64,000 bases of DNA, taken from the sequence record SRR20825006_932. One strand, 5' to 3'. The position numbers and the translations under genes were made by a program. The notes beneath the pieces are model-generated. The model was not told the origin of the DNA and searched no databases. It saw only the letters and a program-made list of their open reading frames with translations. Positions 9,773 through 18,871 of this stretch are shown piece after piece (the stretch's first letter is position 1; each line of letters starts with the position of its first letter).

Positions 9773-11656
9773 ATGCCAACAGTAGTCGCGTTTGAAACAC
9801 TTGCAGAGCTACCCCAAAAACTCCAAAAAAAATATGGCGGCCATAATAAGGCAGCCTTTTATTTTAAACCTTCAGCTAATGAAAGTTACCAACCTATATA
9901 TTGGGATCAGGTAACTGACGATGTCCATGCTATTGCTTCTTACATGCTTGAGCGTGGAATTGAACATGGTGATCGAGTTGGTATTTTAAGCGAGAATAGA
10001 TATGAATGGGCGGTTGTAGATTTAGCAATTCAAATGCTAGGAGCAATTAATGTATCTCTCTACACAACACTACCAGCGAGCCAGTGCGAATTTATTCTGC
10101 TCGATTCTCAAACAAAATTATTTTTCGTATCAACGGGTATCCAACTTAAAAAAGCAGTTGATGTTTTTGAGAACTGCGAATTTCTTACAGAAGTGGTTTC
10201 TTTTGAAACACCTAAAAACAAAAAATTAGCAGGTCTGGATTTCGTAAATCTCTATGAGGATATATTAATTGAGGGTGCGAAGCATATTGAGAAACACAGA
10301 AAAACTATCAACCAACGTGTTAATAGTGTTAAGGTAGACGATATTTCTACACTTATTTATACTTCTGGGACAACAGGCCACCCTAAAGGAGCGATGCTTA
10401 CACACAGTAATATAGTGAGTAATGTGAAATCAGCTACTCAACATATTTATTGGGATGATACAGACAGATTGCTTTCGTTCTTGCCTTTATGCCACTCCTT
10501 TGAGCGCACTGCTGGTTATTACGCAATGATTTCTAGTGGTGTTGAAATTTATTATGCAGAGAGTGTGGATACCGTTTCGAAAAATATGCCCGAAGCTAAG
10601 CCAACAATCATGATTAGCGTGCCTCGCTTGTTCGAAAAAATGTACAATCTGATTGTTAAAAGTGTAGAAGATGGAAGTGATACAAAAAAGAAAATATTTA
10701 AATGGGCTGTCGAAACAGGGGAAAGATACGCAGCTGGTAAACGCGGATTTGTAACTCTGCAGAAGAAAATAGCAGATAAATTAGTTTTTGATAAACTACG
10801 CCAACGAACAGGCGGGCATGTAAGATTATTTGTATCGGGTGGTGCGGCATTGCCTCCAGACATCGATAATTTCTTTAAAGCAGCTGGGTTAACTATTCTG
10901 CAAGGTTATGGGTTAACAGAAACTTCTCCGGTGATGGCGGCCAACAAGGTTGGAGATGAAGTAACGGGTGTTGTAGGTTCTATTATTCCTGGTGTAACTG
11001 TAGCTATTAAGGATTTGGACACACAGCAGATTATCGCTGAAATAAGTGGCGAAGATTATCCAACAATACTTAGCTCTGAAGCAGGCGAGATCTTATGCAA
11101 AGGTCCAAATGTGATGAAGGGTTATTGGATGAATGAAGAAGCAACCAAAGAGATGATTGACGAAGATGGTTGGTTACACACTGGAGATGTAGGTAGATTT
11201 GTAGAAGGTAATCTTAAAATCACTGATCGCATCAAACATATGATCGTAAACGCTGGTGGAAAGAATATTTATCCAGGTCCTATCGAAGATATGTTCAAAA
11301 CCAGTAAATGGATCGATCAAATTGTAATTGTAGGTGAAGCACAAGCATATATGGGGGCTCTTATTGTCCCTGACTTTGAAGCGTTGGCTAAATTTGCTAA
11401 AGACCAAGGGCTAGAAGCATCTTCAAATAAAGAGCTAATAAATCTTGATGAAGTAAAAGAAATCTATAAAAAGGAAATGCGGAGTTTTTCTAAAGAACTA
11501 GCATCTCACGAGAAAGTTAGAGACTTCAGGTTATTAGAAGAAGAGTTTACGGTAGATAACGGCGAAATTACACCGACATTGAAAGTGAAAAGAAAGGTGA
11601 TATCAGAAAAATATGGAAAGCAAATAGCTGATATTTATAAAGACGACGTCGCTTAA
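9773..11656 (+). CDS. Long-chain fatty acid--CoA ligase
   Basis: IYTSGTTGHPKG, QGYGLTET, GWLHTGD, TPTLKVKR. Confidence 0.92.
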   Translation: MPTVVAFETLAELPQKLQKKYGGHNKAAFYFKPSANESYQPIYWDQVTDDVHAIASYMLERGIEHGDRVGILSENRYEWAVVDLAIQMLGAINVSLYTTLPASQCEFILLDSQTKLFFVSTGIQLKKAVDVFENCEFLTEVVSFETPKNKKLAGLDFVNLYEDILIEGAKHIEKHRKTINQRVNSVKVDDISTLIYTSGTTGHPKGAMLTHSNIVSNVKSATQHIYWDDTDRLLSFLPLCHSFERTAGYYAMISSGVEIYYAESVDTVSKNMPEAKPTIMISVPRLFEKMYNLIVKSVEDGSDTKKKIFKWAVETGERYAAGKRGFVTLQKKIADKLVFDKLRQRTGGHVRLFVSGGAALPPDIDNFFKAAGLTILQGYGLTETSPVMAANKVGDEVTGVVGSIIPGVTVAIKDLDTQQIIAEISGEDYPTILSSEAGEILCKGPNVMKGYWMNEEATKEMIDEDGWLHTGDVGRFVEGNLKITDRIKHMIVNAGGKNIYPGPIEDMFKTSKWIDQIVIVGEAQAYMGALIVPDFEALAKFAKDQGLEASSNKELINLDEVKEIYKKEMRSFSKELASHEKVRDFRLLEEEFTVDNGEITPTLKVKRKVISEKYGKQIADIYKDDVA

Positions 11657-11669
11657 ACGTCGTCTTTAT
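11637..11669. terminator. Perfect 13-bp hairpin between convergent genes, overlapping the acyl-CoA ligase stop
   Basis: ATAAAGACGACGT-CGCTTAA-ACGTCGTCTTTAT. Confidence 0.7.
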
Positions 11670-11694
11670 CTCTAGAATTAAAATTGGTAACTAA

Positions 11695-12135
11695 TTAAAA
11701 CCAACTAGAACCTAAACCTAAAAATGGCCAAGGTATTCCTGCAAGAATTAGCAAAAGACCAATGCCGTACATAATGGCAATCTTTTTATGTTTGATAAGG
11801 TCTTCGCTAGCTTTTTTAGCTTTAGAATAACCAATACTTATAAGAGCTATGGCGATAATCATAAATGTTATATGCTCCATAGTAAAAAAGCGAAGAACAT
11901 CGTTACCCATCGTTTCAGATGAAAAAACTACTTTCGGGCTTATAAAGTATAATGCTACACCAAGTAGGAATTGAACGTTAATAACGTTGAAAGTTAGCAT
12001 GGCAAGTTTACTGTCGCCAGATGAGTATTCTTTCTTTCCTAGCCACCCTGAAAAAGCTTTAATAACAGTGATTATCAATAGAGCCAATACGACCCATCTA
12101 ATCCCTGAATGTGCGTGTAATAATCCGTTATACAT
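11695..12135 (-). CDS. 4-TM membrane protein of the cytochrome b-like Bacteroidota family
   Basis: HAHSGIRW and MEH histidines, IPWP motif. Confidence 0.7.
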   Translation of the reverse strand: MYNGLLHAHSGIRWVVLALLIITVIKAFSGWLGKKEYSSGDSKLAMLTFNVINVQFLLGVALYFISPKVVFSSETMGNDVLRFFTMEHITFMIIAIALISIGYSKAKKASEDLIKHKKIAIMYGIGLLLILAGIPWPFLGLGSSWF

Positions 12136-12136
12136 A

Positions 12137-12577
12137 TTATTTTGATTGAAGTTTAAGGTCTACTTTTGATAAAATCTTTTTTACTCTTCTTTTATTTACA
12201 CCAAGATCCGAGTAACCTTCTCTACTTGCACTCCTAATGTAGGCAATAGTTTTGTTTTTCTGAGTTGCTAGTTGAATGACAACATCATCTTTCCAACCAA
12301 AAACAGGGATTTTGAAAACAGCGTCAATCTTTAGCTCTTGGTTTTTTGTAGAGGGAGTTTCTGAAGCAATATCCGTTAATACTTCTCTAAATGCATTGTA
12401 TATAACTAGGGCTTCAAACTCGTATTCCCTTTCAGTTAGCACACAATTAGGGGAGTCGGGGCAAGCTGGTAAAGGATTTTGTGTATTAGCCATGGATAAA
12501 TTTAAGTCAGTTGATTTGGAACCACATGAAAGACTCATCAATAAGAATAAAAAGATGGGTAAATATCTAAGAGTCAT
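12137..12577 (-). CDS. DUF1499 family lipoprotein
   Basis: CPDSPNCV, FGWKDD, RSASREGYSDLGVNKRR; lipobox SLSC. Confidence 0.88.
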   Translation of the reverse strand: MTLRYLPIFLFLLMSLSCGSKSTDLNLSMANTQNPLPACPDSPNCVLTEREYEFEALVIYNAFREVLTDIASETPSTKNQELKIDAVFKIPVFGWKDDVVIQLATQKNKTIAYIRSASREGYSDLGVNKRRVKKILSKVDLKLQSK

Positions 12578-12590
12578 TTTAATCCGTACG

Positions 12591-13136
12591 TTATAAATGA
12601 GTTTTTAACACTTCTGTTGCTTCATCTAGTGTTGATACAACCGTAAACAAGTCTAGATTATTTTCTCGAATAAAGTCTTCTTCGATAGCATTAGTAACAT
12701 ACTTAACTAACCCATCAAAATAACCTTCAGCATTAATAAGAATAATAGGTTTACTGTGAAAACCAAGCTGGCGCCATGTTAAGATTTCAAAAAATTCGTC
12801 GAGTGTTCCAAAGCCACCAGGTAGAACTACAAACGCATCAGATTTACGTTCCATCATTGCTTTGCGAGAGTGCATATCGGGGGTTTCGTGTAATTCTGTT
12901 AAGTTCGTATGTACAACTTCCACTCTTTTTAATGCAGTTGGGATAATACCAATAACATCTCCTCCAGCTTCGAGAGCTGCATCAGCAGCAAGTCCCATCA
13001 TACCAACTTTACCGCCACCAAAAACTAAGCCCCATTTATTCTGAGCTAGCGTTTTGCCTATACCAATAGCTAAATTTTGAAGTTCAATGCTTTTCGGTGT
13101 TCTAGAGCCACAATAAATACAAACATTCTTACTCAT
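12591..13136 (-). CDS. LOG family nucleotide phosphoribohydrolase (TIGR00730-like)
   Basis: VCIYCGS, GGGKVGMMG, MHSRK, PGGFGTLDE. Confidence 0.92.
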   Translation of the reverse strand: MSKNVCIYCGSRTPKSIELQNLAIGIGKTLAQNKWGLVFGGGKVGMMGLAADAALEAGGDVIGIIPTALKRVEVVHTNLTELHETPDMHSRKAMMERKSDAFVVLPGGFGTLDEFFEILTWRQLGFHSKPIILINAEGYFDGLVKYVTNAIEEDFIRENNLDLFTVVSTLDEATEVLKTHL

Positions 13137-14293
13137 GCTAAAGCAAACATTCTAGTTGTAATTGCTTCTAGTTTTTCAACAAAATAATGAATGTCTTCTT
13201 CAGTAGTATGCTTGCCAAAGCTAACACGAATACTTGATTTAGCGATGTCATCTTGAATTCCAATTCCAGAAAGAACATGGGATGGTTCTACCGCACCTGA
13301 TGTGCAGGCCGAGCCATTTGAAACACAGATACCTTCTATATCTAAGTTAAGAAGAAGCATTTCTCCATCAATGCAATGCTTCGCATCATCATAGAATGAA
13401 AGGTTGACAATATGTGGCATCCCAGTTTCGGTTTCTCCGTTAATGCAATAATTAACGCTAACTTTATCACTCATTGTTCGCAATAATAGTTCTCTAAGTT
13501 TTCTAAAATGAGCGGTATTCTTTTCCAAGTCGGAAACTGCTAATTCTACAGCTTTTGCAAAACCAATAATTCCAGGAACATTAAGCGTACCACCTCTACG
13601 TCTACGTTCTTGAGAGCCACCTGTTAACCATGGAATCCAAGGTGTTCCGTTTTTCACATATAAAAGGCCAATTCCTTTCGGGCCATAGATTTTATGAGCG
13701 CTTCCACTCATCAAGTCGATACCGAGTTCTTTAACATTGAGAGGTATTTTACCAAGGCTTTGAACGGCATCGGTATGAAATGGAATTTTATGAGATTTAC
13801 AGATTTGAGCAATTTCAGTAACAGCATTTACAGTACCAATTTCGTTATTAACATGCATAATACTAACTACCGCAGTTTTATCCGTAATCAGTTTTTCTAC
13901 TGCCCCTGGTGTAATTACGCCAGAGCTATTACACTCAGCAAAAAGTGTTTTATAACCACCGATTTTAGACATTTCAACGGTATGCAAAACAGCATGGTGT
14001 TCAATCTCGGAGCTAATAATCTCATTTTTTGCTCCAGATGCTGTTAATACACCTTTAATCGCAGCGTTATCACTTTCTGTCCCACCGCTTGTAAATATAA
14101 TTTCTGATGGTTCTGCACCAATAGCTGCTGCAATACTTTCTCTTGCATCTTCAACAACAACTTTGGCTTGTTGGCCTAAATGGTGAATCGAGTTCGCGTT
14201 GCCGAAGTTGTCTTTTAAATAAGGAAGCATTGCTTCGAACACCCGTTCGTCTAAAGGTGTAGTGGCAGCATAGTCTAAATAAACTGTTCGCAT
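13133..14293 (-). CDS. iscS: Cysteine desulfurase (class I, IscS/NifS)
   Basis: YLDYAATTP, FTSGGTESDN, SAHKIYGPKG, GSACTSG. Confidence 0.92.
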   Translation of the reverse strand: MRTVYLDYAATTPLDERVFEAMLPYLKDNFGNANSIHHLGQQAKVVVEDARESIAAAIGAEPSEIIFTSGGTESDNAAIKGVLTASGAKNEIISSEIEHHAVLHTVEMSKIGGYKTLFAECNSSGVITPGAVEKLITDKTAVVSIMHVNNEIGTVNAVTEIAQICKSHKIPFHTDAVQSLGKIPLNVKELGIDLMSGSAHKIYGPKGIGLLYVKNGTPWIPWLTGGSQERRRRGGTLNVPGIIGFAKAVELAVSDLEKNTAHFRKLRELLLRTMSDKVSVNYCINGETETGMPHIVNLSFYDDAKHCIDGEMLLLNLDIEGICVSNGSACTSGAVEPSHVLSGIGIQDDIAKSSIRVSFGKHTTEEDIHYFVEKLEAITTRMFALA

Positions 14294-14541
14294 TCAATTA
14301 ATTCTGAGATTAGAAATTAGCACCTTAAAATATTCAAAATGTTGATTAATATCTGCCTCTAAATACCCTATAAAGTTTTTGTGTACACTGCAAAGATGTA
14401 CTCGAAAAGAGTCTCACAATTTTTAAGCAAACCCTTTTATAAAAAAACTGAATACTTTGTTACAATCCTGCTACACTTCATTACAGAAAGGTTGTACCTT
14501 AAAGCAACCTAGACTAAAACAGCTAAAACACCTTACAAAAA

Positions 14542-15735
14542 ATGGCAAAGCTCACACTCACTGATATCGAAGTAAAAGGGAAAAAAGTACTAATGCGCGT
14601 TGACTTCAACGTTCCATTAAAAAATGGTGTTATCACAGATGATAATAGAATAGTTCAAGCTCTTCCATCCATTAAATACGTTTTAGAAAATGGAGGGTTG
14701 CTTATTCTTGCTAGCCATTTAGGTAGACCTAGTGGAGAACCTAATCTAGAATACTCATTAAAAGCAATTTCGGAGCATTTAGCTACATTAATTGATGCAA
14801 AAGTACATTTTGCAAAAGATTGTATTGGCGAAGAGACCAAAGAACTTATATCAAAAGCCAATATTGGCGAAGTAGTAGTACTTGAGAATGTACGTTTCTA
14901 CAAAGAAGAAACAGACAATGATGATTCTTTTAGTAAAGAATTAGCATCGTTAGCAGATGTTTTTGTAAATGATGCTTTTGGAAGTAGCCATAGAGCACAT
15001 GCTTCTGTTTCTGGAGTTACCAAATATTTACAGCCTGCAGCTTCTGGCTTTTTGTTAGACAAAGAGATTCGCTACTTAAGTGAAAGCGTAAATAACCCAA
15101 ATCGTCCTTTTGTGGCTATTTTAGGTGGAGCAAAAGTGTCAGATAAAATTGGGGTAATCGAAAATCTTATAGATAAAGTAGATACTATTATTATTGGTGG
15201 TGGGATGACTTATACCTTCTATAAAGCGAAGGGATTCAACATCGGAAATTCGCTACTAGAAGAGGATAAAATAGGCTTAGCACTTGAATTAATGGAAAAA
15301 GCTGAAAGAGCTGGTGTTAAACTAATGTTGCCTTTTGACTCTGTGGTGTCTCAAGAGTTTAGTAACGATTCAGAACACAAAATTGTTGATGAAGACGGAA
15401 TTGAAGATGGCTGGATGGGCTTGGATATCGGACCACAATCTACAATAGCTTTTGGTAATACCATTAAAAATGCTAAAACGGTACTTTGGAATGGGCCAAT
15501 GGGTGTTTTTGAGATGAGCAATTTTGCTGATGGAACTTTTGGTGTAGCTGAAGCATTAGCAGAGGCAACTAAGTTTGGCGCCATAACTATTATTGGTGGC
15601 GGTGATTCAGCAGCAGCTATAAAAGCAGCGGGCCTAAGTGATCAAGTATCACATGTTTCTACAGGTGGTGGTGCAAGTTTAGAATATTTAGAAGGCAAAG
15701 TATTACCGGGGGTTAGTTCTTTAACCGAGAAATAG
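14542..15735 (+). CDS. pgk: Phosphoglycerate kinase
   Basis: [39 protein letters not shown]. Confidence 0.98.
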   Translation: MAKLTLTDIEVKGKKVLMRVDFNVPLKNGVITDDNRIVQALPSIKYVLENGGLLILASHLGRPSGEPNLEYSLKAISEHLATLIDAKVHFAKDCIGEETKELISKANIGEVVVLENVRFYKEETDNDDSFSKELASLADVFVNDAFGSSHRAHASVSGVTKYLQPAASGFLLDKEIRYLSESVNNPNRPFVAILGGAKVSDKIGVIENLIDKVDTIIIGGGMTYTFYKAKGFNIGNSLLEEDKIGLALELMEKAERAGVKLMLPFDSVVSQEFSNDSEHKIVDEDGIEDGWMGLDIGPQSTIAFGNTIKNAKTVLWNGPMGVFEMSNFADGTFGVAEALAEATKFGAITIIGGGDSAAAIKAAGLSDQVSHVSTGGGASLEYLEGKVLPGVSSLTEK

Positions 15736-15765
15736 TATATTCTCGTAAAGTGCTAATTTTATGTA

Positions 15766-17706
15766 ATGCTAGCTATGCGATATGCGTGTTTAATTATTTT
15801 CCTTGCGTTAAGTAGTTCTACTTTTGCGCAACAGAAAAAGTTTGGAGATGTCAAAAAAGAAGATTTCACATCGTACAATCAAAAGTATGATACCACAGCT
15901 TCGGCTGTGGTTCTTTTTGATGTAGGTAGTGTTTATTTCTCCTCAACATTCGACTGCTATTTCGAGCGTCATGTTCGTATCAAGATTTTAAAAGAAGATG
16001 GGTTTGGATACGGAGATGTATCCGTTTTCTTTAACGAAGAATACGATCAGACTGTAAACAGTATTAAAGCCCAAACTTATAATCTTGAAGCGAATGGCTC
16101 AGTTAAAAAGGTTAAGCTGGCTAAAGGTGATATCTTTAAGGAGAAAATTCTCGATAAGGTAAATGCTCAGAAATTTACTTTACCAAAGCTCTCTGAGGGG
16201 GCGATTATTGAGTACTCTTACAAAAAGAAGATGGGGAATGCATTTCTTTTTCCTGATTGGAAATTCCATAAAGAAATTCCTGTTTCTTTTAGCGAGTTTG
16301 AGATGCGAGTTCCAGCTCAACTACAATATCAAACAGTAATAAAGGGAGTTGATACTACCGCAACCACAGTTGTTGAGCGATATACAGACTCTATGGGTGG
16401 TGGCCAAGTAATCACCATTTCTAAGAAGAATCTCCCTCCGGTGGAAGAGCTTCCATTTATTGATTCTACCGAAGATTTTGTGACTGAAATTTATACTCAA
16501 CTTTCAGTAGTCGATTTCCCTGGCCAACCTCGGCAAACGTTCTATAAAACATGGGATAAAGTTGCGGATGAAGTAAGAAGTCATCCGGGAATTGGTAAGC
16601 AACGGTTAAATGGCGACATGAGGGAGGAGGTTGATAGATTGATAGAAGGTTTAGATGACCCACTAGAAAAAATGGTAGCTATCTATGATTATGTTGCCGG
16701 AACAATAAGCTGGGATGGGTTTTATGGATTGGTTACAGATCGAGGCATCAGAGATGCTTATAAAACTAAAGCTGGTAATTCTGCAGATGTAAACTTAATG
16801 CTGATGGAAATGCTAAACCATGCAGGAGTTGACGCAACCTACTCTTTGATAAGTACTAGAAAACATGGAAAAATTATCGTTAATTATCCTATAATAAATC
16901 AATTCAATCATCTAATAGTACTTGTAGATATTAACGGAGAACTCCTTTTCTTAGACGCAACCGAAGGAGAGAGATCTTACAAATTACTGCCTGTTAAAGA
17001 CCTATATAGATATGCGTTTACAATCAAGAATAAGTCAATTGATTGGTTTCGAACAATACCTTTAGAAAAATCGGCGATTAGATCTAGTTTAAATATCGAA
17101 ATTTTGGATGACGCTAGAATGTCTGCAACTTTAGGGTCTAGCTATGTGGGATATTATGCTCATAAAACGCGTAATCAGTTCAAAGAAGTGGGGGAAGATC
17201 GATTTGTTGAAAATGAATTGAAGACATTATCTAATGTGAGAATAGATAGCTTTTCTGTTGGGGGGGTAGCTGACAAAGAAGATCCTATTAGCTTAAAAGC
17301 GAATTATACTTTTGGAGAGGCGAATGCCGATAGCGTTCTTCCTGAAATGTTGTACATACAGCCTCTTAGTATTTTTTCGGAAACAAAGAACCCTTTTGTG
17401 CGAAAGGAAAGAGAGTTCCCAATTATATTTCCATATCCTTTTAGAGAGCAAATAATAGTTACTATTACAATTCCCGATGAATATGAAGTGGAAGAGCTCC
17501 CTGAGCCGGTACAGCTTAAGGTTGGCCAAGGATTGGCTAGTTTTCGATTTTTAAATCAAATTAGCGGGAATACAATTACGGTGTTGTCAGATTTTTCATT
17601 TAACGAAATTGAATTTGCGGCAGGTGATTATGAAGCAGTAAGAACTACTTTTGAAAAAGTAGTGAGCTCTCACTCCCAACAAATTGTTTTGCGTAAGAAA
17701 CCTTAA
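15766..17706 (+). CDS. DUF3857 / transglutaminase-like / DUF3858 exported protein, catalytic Cys absent
   Basis: DTTASAVVLFDVG, HVRIKIL, GAIIEYSY, GNSADVN in place of GxC, QFNH, LDAT, VEELP; signal peptide. Confidence 0.85.
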   Translation: MLAMRYACLIIFLALSSSTFAQQKKFGDVKKEDFTSYNQKYDTTASAVVLFDVGSVYFSSTFDCYFERHVRIKILKEDGFGYGDVSVFFNEEYDQTVNSIKAQTYNLEANGSVKKVKLAKGDIFKEKILDKVNAQKFTLPKLSEGAIIEYSYKKKMGNAFLFPDWKFHKEIPVSFSEFEMRVPAQLQYQTVIKGVDTTATTVVERYTDSMGGGQVITISKKNLPPVEELPFIDSTEDFVTEIYTQLSVVDFPGQPRQTFYKTWDKVADEVRSHPGIGKQRLNGDMREEVDRLIEGLDDPLEKMVAIYDYVAGTISWDGFYGLVTDRGIRDAYKTKAGNSADVNLMLMEMLNHAGVDATYSLISTRKHGKIIVNYPIINQFNHLIVLVDINGELLFLDATEGERSYKLLPVKDLYRYAFTIKNKSIDWFRTIPLEKSAIRSSLNIEILDDARMSATLGSSYVGYYAHKTRNQFKEVGEDRFVENELKTLSNVRIDSFSVGGVADKEDPISLKANYTFGEANADSVLPEMLYIQPLSIFSETKNPFVRKEREFPIIFPYPFREQIIVTITIPDEYEVEELPEPVQLKVGQGLASFRFLNQISGNTITVLSDFSFNEIEFAAGDYEAVRTTFEKVVSSHSQQIVLRKKP

Positions 17707-17731
17707 CTGAGAATGGGTTTCTTACTTTTTT
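17693..17731 (+). terminator. Rho-independent terminator
   Basis: GTAAGAAACC ... GGTTTCTTAC stem followed by a T run. Confidence 0.75.
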
Positions 17732-17737
17732 CTCTAG

Positions 17738-18673
17738 TTAGTTAAAAATGGCATTCAAAAATTCAGCCATTCTATATCCAGATAGTGCCATTCTTTGTTG
17801 TGCTATCTCAAAAGATTTTTCCTGATACTCAATAGATGGTTTCTGGCCCTCAATTAATGTTTCTGGATATAATGAATCCATCACTATTCGTTTCCCTTCT
17901 TTGGTCCAAATGCTAGGATCTTGTACCTGAATGAGTTTTCCGAATTCTTCTTTTGGGTGTTTTGATGAGATTTCTTTGGCCTTAGTGGTGTAGTAATCAA
18001 AGGAGGTTGTATTTTCGTTTTTAGGAGAGTTTACATCTATAATCCCATCCCAAAAAGAATGCAGATTTGTAGGCCATTTATCGGCTAAAGCAAAAGAATT
18101 CCCACCTCTATCACCATCTGGGTCTTTGGTTGTAACTCGAGAAGCATTGTGCAAAGGATTGTGAATGTCACCAATAAGGTGTAAAACCCAAGCTATTTGA
18201 ACCGCCTTTACATCGTTAGAAACTTTAGTAGATGCCAATGTTGATTGGAAATAGCTGATTCGCTCAGCTACATTTTCATTTTCAACAAGGCCAGTTGCTT
18301 CAATTGGGCCATCTGAAGTTTGCTTCCAATAGCTTCCAATATAATGCCAACTTCCTTCATGGTATTTCTTATATCTAGTGGTCTTGTTTCTATCCCGAAC
18401 CATATCTGGCCAATAGGCAACATTTAGAAAATATTGCTCAGTGTTGCTTGGAGCATTTTTATCAAAAAGAGTAAGTAGGTCTGAGTCTTTAGGGGCAACC
18501 TTTAGAATCTCTATAATATTCTCTTTGGCGATTGGCGTTAAATTATCCCAAGCAATTGCTGCAATTATTTTATGTCCCGTTTCATTCCAAGCGTTAAGTG
18601 CAACCGGATTGATAAATAGGGAGAATAAAAAGCAAAGTGATAATGAAGTGACAGTAAGTTTTTTGTAAATCAT
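17738..18673 (-). CDS. S1/P1 family nuclease, secreted
   Basis: Start trimmed to MIYKK. Signal peptide ends ALNA|WNETGH. Zn-ligand motifs WPD, WHY, HLIGDIHNPLH, GGN, NLHSFWD. Confidence 0.92.
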   Translation of the reverse strand: MIYKKLTVTSLSLCFLFSLFINPVALNAWNETGHKIIAAIAWDNLTPIAKENIIEILKVAPKDSDLLTLFDKNAPSNTEQYFLNVAYWPDMVRDRNKTTRYKKYHEGSWHYIGSYWKQTSDGPIEATGLVENENVAERISYFQSTLASTKVSNDVKAVQIAWVLHLIGDIHNPLHNASRVTTKDPDGDRGGNSFALADKWPTNLHSFWDGIIDVNSPKNENTTSFDYYTTKAKEISSKHPKEEFGKLIQVQDPSIWTKEGKRIVMDSLYPETLIEGQKPSIEYQEKSFEIAQQRMALSGYRMAEFLNAIFN

Positions 18674-18871
18674 AGTGAGTCCGTTGTTTTTCAGAAAATA
18701 CATAATTACATACAGAGGATGAATTAACAAATTAAAAGCGCCTTTAAAAATATTAATGCCAACTAACTTAGGTTTCTTTAGTCTGATTTTATATCTGTTT
18801 ACACTTAAAGGTATTGCTAGTTTATCGGTAATATCCTTTCTTGAGGAAAATATTATTTTACACACAAATAC

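Noticed and set aside
14294-14541. 248-bp iscS/pgk intergenic region with a small AGGTTG/CAACCT inverted repeat
   Set aside because: Too weak for an ncRNA or riboswitch call; consistent with divergent promoters.
18674-18865. 64-aa N-terminal extension of the S1/P1 ORF
   Set aside because: It runs through the divergent promoter region; the signal peptide begins at MIYKK (18673).
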